A stretch of DNA of 64,000 bases, taken from Heterodontus francisci. Its lineage: Eukaryota. The notes beneath the pieces were generated by a model that saw only the letters and a list, made by a program, of their open reading frames with translations, was not told the origin of the DNA and ran no database searches. Positions 13,383 to 24,378 of this stretch are shown one piece after another. Every line of letters begins with the position of its first letter. Position 1 is the stretch's first letter. The stretch lies in the NCBI RefSeq assembly GCF_036365525.1, contig NC_090382.1, positions 90,330,574-90,394,573 of the forward strand, in the 5' to 3' direction. The position numbers and the translations under genes were made by a program.

Positions 13383-14661
13383 CCATCTCAAACGAGAGAA
13401 TCTAACCATTTCCCCTTGACATTCAATGGCATTGCGATCGCTAAATCCCCCACTGTCAACATCCTGGGGGTTACCGTTGACCAGAAATTGAACTGGAGTA
13501 GCCATATAAATATCATGGCTACAAGAGCAGGTCAGAGGCTAGGAATCCTGCAGCGAGTAACTCGCCTCCTGTCTCCCCAATGCCTGTCCACCATCTACAA
13601 GGCACAAGTCAGGAGTGTGATGGAATACGCTCCACTTGCCTGGATGGGTGCAGCTCCAACAACACTCAAGAAGCTCGACACCATCCAGGACAAAGCAGTC
13701 CGCTTGATTGGCACCCCATCCACCACCTTCAATATTCACTCCCTCCACCACAATGCAGTGTGTACCATCTACAAGATGCACTGCAGCATCGCACCAAAGC
13801 TCCTTTGACAGCACCTTCCAAACCTGCAACCTCTACCAGCAAGAAGGACAAGGGCAACAGATGCATGGAAACACCACCACCTGCAAGTACCCCTCCAAGC
13901 TGCACACCATCTTGGCTTCGACTATATCGCTGTTCTTTCACTGTCGCTGGGTCAAAATCCTGGAATTCCCTTCCTAACAGCACTGGGGATACCTACCCAG
14001 CATGGACTGCAGCGGTTCAAGAAGTTGGCTCACCACCACCTTCACGAGGGCAATTAGGCATGGGCAATAAATGCTGTCCCAGCCAGCAATATCAGCATCC
14101 CATGAACGAATAAAAAAAAAAAAGGCTACATACTGCTTGGATAAAATGTTGAATAGAGTAGAAGAGCACAGGAATCACCAAAGTAGTGATGAGTTAATGA
14201 GCCCAAAAACGTAAACCGAACACTGGTTCATTTCTCGAGGGATGGAATTGGGAAGCAGAGAATTTTATGTTAAACTTTTATAGAACTTTAGACTACACTT
14301 GAAGGCTTGACCTGTGCACAGTTCAACAGTAACTATACTTCAGAAGTAATTAATTGGCTGTAAAGTGCTTTGAGATGCTTTGGTGGTTGCGAAAGGTGCC
14401 ATATAAATGCAAGATGGTCTTTCTTTACTCCAGGTTTTCAAAAAAAAAAGGCATTGGCGAGGCACAAAAAAGAATTATAAAGTTGATAAACTGAGAGGAT
14501 ATACTCATCAGGAAAGGCTGAACCGTCTGGGGCTCTTTTCCTTAGAAGAGAGAAGTCTGAGGGATGACTTCATAGAGGTCTCTAGTGAAAGGACTGATAG
14601 AGGACATAGAAAAATGTTTCCACTTGTAGGGAACTCCAAAACTAGAGGTCTTAAATATTAA

Positions 14662-14887
14662 AGTAAAAGCAAAATACTGCGGATAATGGAAATCTGAAAT
14701 AAAAGCAGAAAATGCTGGAAATACTCAGCAGGTCTGGCAGCATCTATGGAGAGAGAAACGGAGTTGATGTTTCAAATCAACAAACCCCAATTGTCAGAAC
14801 CCTAATGAAAGGTCATTGACCTGAAGTCCTAATTCTCTCTCTCTGAAGTTGCTGCCAAACCTGCTGAGTATTTCCAGCATTTTCTGT
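14662..14887. mobile_element. Palindromic Penelope-derived element (inverted terminal-repeat pair)
   Basis: cagaaaatgctggaaatactcagcaggtctggcagca ... tgctgccaaacctgctgagtatttccagcattttctg are reverse complements. Confidence 0.78.
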
Positions 14888-16467
14888 CAAATACAAGATG
14901 GTCACTAATAAATGCACTAGGGAGTTCAGGAGAAACTTTTTTTTTACCCAAACAGTTGTAAGAATGTGGAATGTGCTACCGCAAGTAGATAAGGTAAATA
15001 GCGTAAATGCATTTTAGGGGGAGTCAGATTAGCACACAAGGGAGAAATGTTCTGATGGAGTTGGATGAAAGTTGGGAAGAGGCTCATGTGATGTGTAAAT
15101 GATGGTACAGACCAGTTGGACCAAAAGACCGGTTTCTGTACACTGTACGCGATGTAAACTTTTTTCAGAAGATGTTGTGTATCTGTACAGGGTAGGAAAA
15201 AACCAATTACTTTTTGATGGTGCCTAATGGGCCATGAAAAGAGTATAATGCACTGGTTTTGTTGCTCCCAACATGCCTAAATCTAGTACCTGACATGTAC
15301 AATAACTTATCTGAATTGGGTGTGCTGAATTGGTGGAGTAAACAAGATCTACCACCACCAAGAGATGTGGTTTCATTTCGCCAGTTCAAATGCATTAACA
15401 TAACTGAGACATTCTTCATATCTGCTTTTATTATTTTCAAGCTCCAATTACAGCATTGCATCTCACTATAATATAGGAATACTAAAGTGAAATCGATTGA
15501 TGTAACAACATAATTGCACCTTTAGTCAGTTAAGAATGTTTAATTCTTGTCGCTTTGAAGCTACGTAAGCTAGACCGAACATTTGTCTCCCAAAAGTATG
15601 TCTATCAATGTCTAGTGAAACATAAGATCCGAATTTGTATCTAGATATGGTCAAAACGTCAAGATAAATTGGCTCTCGCCCATCTATCTTTGGTCTGAAC
15701 TTGTAAATTTAAATGGGTAACTTCCTTTACACTTTTGAATTGTTTATGTAAATTGCAGGTTTAATTTTCTTATAATTGGAGGTTTAAATGTAGCATTAAA
15801 AAAGGATCATTTAGTCTCAAGTAGACGATCCGTCTAATGTTTGTAAAGGGAGCAAACTTGGTGCTCTACCTGTAGGGTAGAACAGCGTCATGTAGAATGG
15901 TCACAGTGGAACTCTGCAAACTCTCACTTGTGACTTCTCTGATTCTTGGAGAACCGCAAAATTGTTGGAGCAACAAAAGTATTTCCTATGTACGTGGCTG
16001 CGTGACTTGCAAGTTTCAAATTTATTGTCTACAAATGAATGCTAAAGCAAACATTTGGTTTTTTTCACTGTATACATGTCAAATGCATTGATTTGATGCA
16101 GACTATAAGCTGCTCCTAATTTTTCCATAAATGTGTTACTAAACATATCTTCAGGAGAGCACTTGATACTTCACCAGGATGAATGTTTCCATTTCCTAAA
16201 TGAGCTATAGTTCTGGCCTTACATTGCTAATTCATACCATACTTTGTGCTGTCAATTCATACAATTTGGCGCACTCAACCCAGTTTCAAATGTACCCTGA
16301 ATGGGACTTCTACCGATTTCCATATTTGTTTTTGTTAAGCCCTTATCTATTTTATGGTCGGTATTCAAAAGGGTTTAAGAAATCAGCTGAACAGAGTTCC
16401 TGTGGTAGTAAAAACAAAAAATGCTGGAAATACTCAGGTCAGGTAGCATCTGTGGAGACAGAAGCAG

Positions 16468-16504
16468 AGTTAACGTTTCCGGTCCATGACCTTTCATCAG
16501 AACT
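16468..16504 (-). ncRNA. Minimal type I hammerhead ribozyme motif (antisense to HSPA4)
   Basis: Minus strand AGUU-CUGAUGA-AA-GGUC-AUG-GACC-G-GAAA-CGUU-AACU; base of stem II mismatched. Confidence 0.55.
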
Positions 16505-16515
16505 GGCAACGGTTA

Positions 16516-17432
16516 CATAGAAACATAGAAAATGGGAGCAGGAGTAGGCCATTCGAGCCTGCTCTGCCGTTCATTATGATCATGGCTGATCATCCAACTC
16601 AGTAACCTGTTCCTGCTTTCTCCCCATACCCTTTGATCCCTTTAGAATCGAGCTATATCCAAGTCCTTCTTGAAAACATACAATGTTTTGCCCTCAACTG
16701 ATTTCTGTGGTAGCAAATTCCACAGGCTCACCACTCTCTGGGTGAAGAAATTTCTCCTCATCTCAGTCCTGAAAGGTTTACCCCATATCCTTAGACTATG
16801 ACCCCTGGTTCTGGACTCCCCCACCATCGGGAGCGTCCTTCCTGCATCTACCCTGTCAAGTCCTGTTAAAAACCTATAAAATTCTATGAGATCCCCCTCA
16901 CTCTTCTGAACTACAGCGAATATAATCCTAACCGACTCAATCTCTCCTCAAACGTCAGTCCCACCATCCCAGGAATCGGTCTGGTAAATCTTCGCTGCGT
17001 TCCTTCTATAGCAAGAACATCCTTCCTCAGATAAGGAGACCAAAACTGCACACAACATTCCAGGTGTGGCCTCACCAAGTATAGCTGCAGCAAGACATCC
17101 CTGCTCCTGTTCTCGAATCCTCTCGCTATGAAGGCCAACATATCATTTGCCTTTTTTACCGCCTGTTAGCCCTGCATGCTTACCTTCAGCGACTGGTGTA
17201 CGAGGACACCCAGGTTTCGTTGCATATTCCCCTCTCTCAGTTTATAGCCGTTCAGATAATCTGCTTTCCTGTTTTTGCTACCAAAGTGGATAACCTCACA
17301 TTTATCCACATTATACTGCATCTGCCATGCATTAGCCCACTCACCTAACTTGTCCAAATCACCCTGAAGCCTCTCTGCATCCTCCTCACAACTCACCCAC
17401 CCAGTTTTGTGTCATCTGCAAATTTGGAGATG
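16516..17432 (-). mobile_element. 5'-truncated CR1 LINE
   Basis: MLAFIARGFENRSRDVLLQLY..VRPHLECCVQFWSP; RVVSLWNLLPQ; catagaaacatagaaa tail. Confidence 0.92.
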
Positions 17433-18082
17433 CATTCGGTTTTAAGAAGTGGAGGGAAGGAGGTGTGGAAGAGAACCAAAGGGAAGGTGTGTGATAGGGC
17501 AGAGGGCAGGAAAGACGTCATGGGACAAAGGCAGAGAGTGTTCATGTGATGAAAAACAAAACATTAGTCCAGAGAGAGAGTGTTAATGGCAGAATAATGT
17601 GCAGCTCTGTCCAAAAGCACATGAAAAACCAAGTTTAAGGCAGGCACATAGTTAAGAAATAAAATAATTTAAAAACCAAACAAAATTTTTTAAAAAAGCC
17701 AGTCATGCTCTGAAATTGTTGAACTCAATGTTGAGTCCAGAAGGCTGTAGAGTGCCTAATCGAAAGATGAGGTGCTGCTCCTCGAGCTTGCGTTGATGTT
17801 CACTGGAACACTGCAGCAGGCCAGGGACAGAAATGTGAGCACGAAAGCAGGGTGGTGTTAAAATGGAAAGCAACTGGAAGTTCGGGGTCATGCTTTCGGA
17901 CTGAACAAAGGTGTTCCACAAAGCGATCACCCAATCTCTGTTTGGTCGTCCCAATGTCGTTCACCACAGCCATTAACACTCTCTCTGTCTTTGTCTCATG
18001 ACATCTTTATTAATTCTCTCCTGCCCTCTGCCCTATCTTTCACCTTCCCTTTTGTTTTCTTCCCCACCACCCCCACCTTCAC

Positions 18083-19152
18083 ATCGGGGAAAACTTTCCG
18101 CTGGTTGGAATCATATCTTGCACAAAGGACGATGGTTGTGGTTGTTGGAGATCAATCATCTCCGCTCCAGGACATCACTGCAGGGGTTCCTCAGGGTAGT
18201 GTCCTAGGCCCAACCATCTTCAGCTGCTTCATCAATGACCTTCCTTCAATCATAAGGTCAGAAGTGGGGATGTTCGCTGATGATTGCACAATGTTCAGCA
18301 GCATTCGTGACTCCTCAGATACTGAAGCAGTCAGTGTAGAAATGCAGCAAGACCTGGACAATCCAGGCTTGGGCTGATGTGTGGCGCGAATGTTACTTGC
18401 CACTTAAGTGCCAGGCAATGACCATCTCCAACAAGAGAGCATCTAACCATCTCCCTTTGACATTGTGTATTTGATGGTTGAATCCCACACTATCAACGTC
18501 CTGGGGGTTACCATTGACCAGAAACTGAACTGGAGTAACCATATAAATACTGTGGCTACAAGATCAGGTTAGAGGTTAGGACTCCTGAGGTGAGTAACGC
18601 ACCTCCTGACTCCCCAAAACCTGTCAACCATCTCAAGGCACAAGTCAGGAGTGTGATGGAATACTCTCCACTTGCCTGGATGGGTGCAGCTCCAACCGCA
18701 CTCAAGAAGCTCAACACCATCCTAGACAAAGCAGCCCGCTTGATTGGCACACCATCTACAAACATTCACTCCCTCCACCACCGGCACACAGTGGCAGCAG
18801 TGTGTACCATCTACAAGATGCACTGCAGCAACACACCAAGGCTGCTCGGGCCGCACCTTCCAAACCCGTGACCTTTACCACCTAGAAGGACATGGTCAAC
18901 AGATGCGTGGGGACACCACCACCTGCAAGTTCCCCTCCAAGCCACATACCGTCCTGACTTGGAATTATATCGTCATTCCTTCACTGTCACTGGGTCAAAA
19001 TCCTGGAACTACCTAACAGCACTGGTGTACCTCCCCCACATGGACTGCAGTGGTTCAAGAAGGCAACTCAACATCACCACCTCCAGCACAACTAGGCATG
19101 GGTAATAAATGCTGGCCTGGCCAGCGATGCCCACATCCCATGAAACGAATAA
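18083..19152 (+). mobile_element. LINE family B 3' fragment (RT core to tail)
   Basis: AGVPQGSVLGPTIFSCFINDL..SEVGMFADD; KAQVRSVMEYSP; tail catgaaacgaataaa. Confidence 0.9.
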
Positions 19153-19181
19153 ATTTTAAAATAACTTTCCTAACTGTTGCC

Positions 19182-19217
19182 AGTTCTGATGAAAGGTCGC
19201 AGCCTGAAACGTTAACT
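19182..19217 (+). ncRNA. Minimal type I hammerhead ribozyme motif (sense to HSPA4 pre-mRNA)
   Basis: AGUU-CUGAUGA-A-AGGU-CGCA-GCCU-GAAA-CGUU-AACU: intact core boxes, 4-bp stems I and II, palindromic ACGU as stem III. Confidence 0.65.
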
Positions 19218-19447
19218 CTGCTTCACTCTCCACAGATGCTGTCTGACCTGCTGAATATTTCCAGCATTTTCTGTTTTTATTTCAGATTTCCAGCATCTGC
19301 AGTATTTTTCTTCTATTTTGGAGTTCTTGTGGGTTTTTTTGTGATGTCATGGAAATGTATTTTTGTCTTCAAATTAATAGTTCATGCAAGCCGCTTTGAA
19401 ATTATTGAAATATTTTAGCTATAATTAGTTTTTATCTTTCCATTTAG

Positions 19448-19573
19448 GGTAAAATGATTATGCAAGATAAACTTGAAAAGGAAAGAAATGATGCAAAGAA
19501 TGCACTGGAGGAATATGTGTATGAAAGTAGGGACAAGCTGTGTGGAATCTATGAGAAGTTTGTCAGTAAAGAT
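19448..19573 (+). CDS. HSPA4: HSPA4 internal exon: [42 protein letters not shown]
   Basis: tttccatttag acceptor, GAT|gtaagt donor, 126 bp; conserved Hsp110 motif [14 protein letters not shown]; absent from ORF track. Confidence 0.97.
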
Positions 19574-21216
19574 GTAAGTATTTGATTCAGTGCTAGGTTA
19601 TATGTTTGCAATGAGAAATTAAAAAGGGAAGGTTCTAAAACTACCTGGATATCTCGGCTGCTGCTTTGAAGCCAAGATTATACACAACAACAATGGCAAT
19701 AAGTTCTAATAAATGTAATAGAAATAATTAACTTGTGTATGTTTCCTAGGTTTTATTGTTTCTTGTTTTACCTTGTGCCGAATTGATCCTCGGTACTCTG
19801 AAATTCATGATCAAAACATACCTGTGCCTTTTAGCATTGCCATTTTTTTCCTGGGAGAGGCTATTTGGCCAATTAGAAGAGAGAGCAAAATGTAATTCCA
19901 AAAATGTAGGTCGAGAAAATATCCGTAACAGTTGTGTACATTGCTCAGATCTTTTTCAGGTTTGTCCCTCTCAGGACTAACTTGATGTTTCATAGTGCAT
20001 TTTTACTTTTGTGTCAAGTAGTCTGCCATTCCTTTGGGTAAATTGCGTAGCCATTTGAGTTGGTGGGGTGGTGGGGGGTATTCACTGCACTTGCAGAATC
20101 ATCCTTGCACATGATTTTGTAGTTCTACTGTTACAGATTCTACCCAACAAGAAGCTGCTTCCTATTAAGTTCAACGCACGACAGTTGTTTGTAGTAATTT
20201 CCGAACTCAAAAAAATGGAGGCTGTTTTTTTTAAAAAAAAAAAAATCAATACTTGGACAGCACTCTGAATTCTCAGGAGTCCCAAGTTCTTCTCTTGACT
20301 AGAGGTTCATGTTTAGGGGTTTGTGAAATGTGAGATTGCCAGTTGCAGGGCCATGGAGAGAGGGAACACTTTTTGAATCACCTTAAACATGTGAACTAGT
20401 AGGTCAATCGACTGAAAGCAGAAAGCATGCTAATCATTTTAAGCAAAGTGGACATGGTCTCCTAAGCAACAGGATAAGTAATGTATGGTTAGTTCACATA
20501 CCGATTTAACCCCACACAAGGACCTATCTGATTTTATGTGGTCTGTAAGTTTTTCTGGATGGGAGGGAAATGTTTTAATTTAAAGGGACCCGAGGACCTA
20601 CTTTTAAATTCATGCATACAATTAAGAAAAAATATGGCAGTTGTGTTTTATGATTGCAATTTATGGAAATTTGTCGTGATGAAGATTGCATACAGAAGGC
20701 AAAAAATGTGTTTTGTTTTGGTTATTTTTTTTATTAAATTTGAGTGAAAAGGTGAACAGCAGTGTGATACTGGATCATTTGGTACACCTCAGGTCTGTTA
20801 AAAATAATTGGAAGTTACTTGCTGCTTCTGAGACCACAACTGTTTTTTAAAACACTTTATTTTGTGTGTTGGAATATCCATTTTCACTTTCCATGAATAT
20901 CAAGGATGCATATGTAACAGTGGCAGGATGGATAAAATGAAGATGGGCATTAGTGTAATTTTGAATCACTTAGAAAAATACTGTCATGTGTTTCGTGAAT
21001 GTCTGTCTGCATTAATATTTGTGACTCATTATTTTTCATAGTGAAAACTTGAATGAAAAAATATAAATACTTCAACTACAAGCTATTAAATTAATTTGTA
21101 TTAAATGTTCAAAATTTGATGGGGCATTAAGCCAGATACTTTGAATGGATAGTAAAGTGTAGATTTTTGTTCTCTCTGAGTCAAAGACCAATATGAAGCT
21201 TTATTTTTACTCCTAG

Positions 21217-21324
21217 GAACAAAACCAATTAAGCCTGCTGCTAGAAGACACAGAAAACTGGTTGTACGAAGACGGCGAGGATCAGGGAAAACAAGTGTAT
21301 ATAGATAAATTGGCCGAATTGAAG
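21217..21324 (+). CDS. HSPA4: HSPA4 internal exon: [36 protein letters not shown]
   Basis: tttttactcctag acceptor, AAG|gtaaat donor, 108 bp; [11 protein letters not shown] Hsp110 motif. Confidence 0.97.
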
Positions 21325-22337
21325 GTAAATATGTACGGCTTAGTGAGACTCTTCCTTTCTGAAAGAGGCATGTGTATGAAATACATAACGCTCTCTTTAA
21401 CGTGCAGTGAAACAAAACTTCGTATTCCTGAAGTTAAAGCTTTTACTTTTGGTGCTATAAATTTGTTGGGAGTAGAATTTCTGTGATGTTGATAAAACCC
21501 TACTATTCATTGTTGTTGATCACCAGGATCAGCAAAGCAGACCTGGAAAAATGAAATAAAATTACCTTTGCAAACCCCTGCCACTTGTATATAAAGTAAG
21601 TTTTTGTGTTCATGAATTGTGTAAGCACAATAGGTGTACAAGGCCTTGGAAATTGAGCAGTTAGCCATTTCATCCGATCCCTTCTATATTCTCACTAATT
21701 TCTGCTTGGCCTAAGATGTTTGTCATATGCGAGAGCATTATTATTGTATGCAAATACATTTTTATACCAGAAGTATCTATCCAGCAATTTTTCTTTTATG
21801 CCAGGATTGTTTTGTGTTGAACTTCGCTACCTAAAGGCAAGCACTACACAAAAAGATCATGAAGGCGAAGGCTTTAAAAATAAAAATCAGTAACTCCTTT
21901 TACTGTTTTTTTTTCAATGGGATAGGAGTTAGCATTAAAACTTCTAGGAATGTCTATATTGAAGTCAAAGCTGCCAAATGTGTGCAAAACCTTTTTAATG
22001 TAGTAAACGTCCCAATACAATGCAAACTATAAATGAAGCATTTACAAGAGAACAGCAGAGCCGGAAGTTTGTTAAAAAGGTGGTAAATAGGGTTACAAAC
22101 TTTCAATTCAGCTCAGAGCAACGAGGCATCTAACTGCAAACTACAGAGCCCAATGCAAGTTGGTTTGCAACTTGAAATTAATGATGCCCCCATTATAATA
22201 TGTTGTGGTTAAAAATATCATGGAGATTCACTGCTGCTGGAGTCTGAATGCCAACACCCACAATTTTGCTGCTAACCATCTGCAAACCCTGTCAATGATC
22301 AAAAGCAATTGCCTCAGCAGAGAGCTGTGGAAGCTCG

Positions 22338-22585
22338 GTCATAGTCATAGAGAGATACAGCACTGAAACAGGCCCTTCGGCCCACCAAATTTGTGCCAAC
22401 CATCAATCACCCGTTTATTGAGTGTTTAAGGCAGAGATTGACAGCTTTCTAATACAAATGACATAAGGGTATATGGGATAGTGTGGGGGGAAAAAGGCAT
22501 TCAAGTGGATGATCAGCCATGATCATATTGAATGGCAGCAGGCTCGATGGGCTGAATGGCCTACTCTTGCTTCTAAGTTCCAATG
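22338..22585. mobile_element. Two short CR1/SINE 3' tails in opposite orientation
   Basis: tacagcactgaaacaggcccttcggcccacc (- strand HE1/CR1 tail) adjoining a + tail closely matching 12690-12858. Confidence 0.7.
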
Positions 22586-23559
22586 TTCAGGAGGCAATGA
22601 GTCACCATAGCTATGCTTTGGGTACTGCTGCAGCTAATCTGTGAACATGTTTCTGGTAATTAAAGTCTCCACTGCCCTTAACTTTGTGGTGTCCTGTTTC
22701 TTCTAGGCTAGCATAAGGATTGTTAATGTATTGCCCATACTTGCATAAAACAGATGACTGATATATTATTAGCATGGCTAGCACTCTGATCCCATTGAAT
22801 AACAGTTGCAACATGATGCATTGCTGCTCAATTTCATCACATTACTGCATTTCCCAAAATATAGATATGCTTACTGTCAGGCATGTGGTTAAATTGGCAT
22901 TGGGTTTCTGCTGCTATCCACTGCAACTCACAGTGCTACCTACTGAAGCTCACTAACTGCATCTGTGGGGTGTATTTAGCTGTGCTTTTGCTTCTAAACA
23001 TGAATGAGAGATGGAGGCTGCTTTGAGTTGCCAACTGATTCTTGGCCACTAGTTGAATGCTGGCTCCAAAAGACACCTTTAAAACAGATCTTGGATTGCA
23101 AAATAATGTTGTTTCATATTCATTCTTGAGGTTTGAGCATCGTTGGCATAGCCAGCATTTATTATTGTCCATCCCAAATTGACCTTTAGCAGGTGGTGGT
23201 GAGCTGCCTTCTGTATGTGCGTATTTTGGGGGGGAGAGGGGGATTCATGTGTCGTTGAACCAGAAGGGTTGGAAGGGGTATAACTGGAGAGGAGAAATAA
23301 GACATTGAACAGTAGATGGTACTGACCCAGAGCTTGGGAGAGATCTGCAATTTCACCTTGTACTGAATTCATGCTCTTGAATCCTCAAGGGGTGTTGAGG
23401 CCCTGTCATTTTGTGGCTTTGCTGTTGCAGTGGCCCTGTTCCTTTGTATCAGGAGACATCTCCTCTTGCAAGCAAAGAGGCAGTATTGTAATGCAAGTTG
23501 AAGGAACACAACATCTATCCACCCTCATGCTTTCTCTGAACTCATTTTGTCCATGACAC

Positions 23560-23960
23560 CTGCCTTCTGTGCTTTCATTCCTATTCCACTACACTGATAA
23601 CCACCCAATTTCCCTTCTGGCCCCTTACTAGCTGACATTGTACATTTTCATCGCTTTCAAAACCACCCTTGCAAGCTACCACTACATCTTCAATCTCCCT
23701 TTCATATCCAGAGTCCTCAAGCATGTTATTGCCTTTCAAATCTACGCCCATCATTCCAGCAGATCCATGTTTGAATCTCTCCTGTCAGCTTTCTGCCCCG
23801 ACACAACATTGAAACGGACCTAATTAAAGTCACAAATTGCATCCTTTGTGACTGCAACCATAAAGCACTATCCCTGCTTGTCTTTCCTGACCCCTGCAGC
23901 CATTGAAATGGTCAACTCCACCATCCTAATTTAGTAGCTATGTTGTCCAGCTGAGCGAGC
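23560..23960 (+). mobile_element. Degenerate L2 RT fragment
   Basis: LASYHYIFNLPFISRVLKHVIA..SMFESLLSAF; parallels 10560-10860. Confidence 0.65.
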
Positions 23961-24258
23961 TGGGCTTGATATCATCCAGAAGTTGTGGCAAAATGCTATG
24001 TGGCTAAAGTGGGCACAATTTTACACCACAAAGATTTTGATTTTGCAAACACAGAACTTGAAATCAAATTGAGACTAGTCGGACATTTTCAGCACACAGA
24101 GGAATCTTTCAGCCCATCAGACTAGTATGAATTCAAAGCAACAGGGAAAATTGGTCAGTTTCTGCATTCTTCCCCTTTATTTTGACACATGCATGTTTCA
24201 AAGGGACATGTATACTATAATATGCAACCAAATAATTTGTGTCAATTTCTGTTTACAG

Positions 24259-24378
24259 AAACTTGGTCAGCCAATTCGGGACCGCTATCAAGAGTTTGAG
24301 GATCGCCCAAGAGCCTTCGATGAGCTGGGGAGACAGATGCAACAGTACATGAAGATAATAAACTCCTATAGAAATAAA
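24259..24378 (+). CDS. HSPA4: HSPA4 internal exon: KLGQPIRDRYQEFEDRPRAFDELGRQMQQYMKIINSYRNK
   Basis: tttctgtttacag acceptor, AAA|gtatgt donor, 120 bp; LGQPI..R..E.E.RP..F.ELG.Q.QQYMK pattern. Confidence 0.96.

Larger units (their letters stand above)
11607..14120 (+). mobile_element. LINE family B 3' half, split by a solo LTR
   Basis: SEVGIFADDCTMFS...KCQPMT (to 12037) resumes at 13383 with RESNHFPLTFNG...YKAQVRSVMEYAP; catgaacgaataaaaaa tail. Confidence 0.88.
8970..15155 (+). mobile_element. Old CR1 LINE (8970-9422 resuming at ~14120-15155) hosting nested insertions
   Basis: ISNFADNTKLGGVV...CMVVHFG stops at ~9422; CR1 resumes at aaggctacatactgc and continues to ERLNRLGLFSLEERSLRDD and the 3' tail. 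Confidence 0.7.
16408..19310 (-). mobile_element. 5'-truncated Penelope-like element with inverted terminal repeat, interrupted by two LINEs
   Basis: ORF 17703..17954 ends RKLEEQHLIFRLGTLQPSGLNIEF (Penelope GIY-YIG C-terminus); 17450-17590 is inverted at 17970-18080; 16408-16515 is inverted at 19170-19280. Confidence 0.85.

Noticed and set aside
20676-20775. Box C/D snoRNA starting at GTGATGA
   Set aside because: No suitably placed CTGA D box or terminal stem
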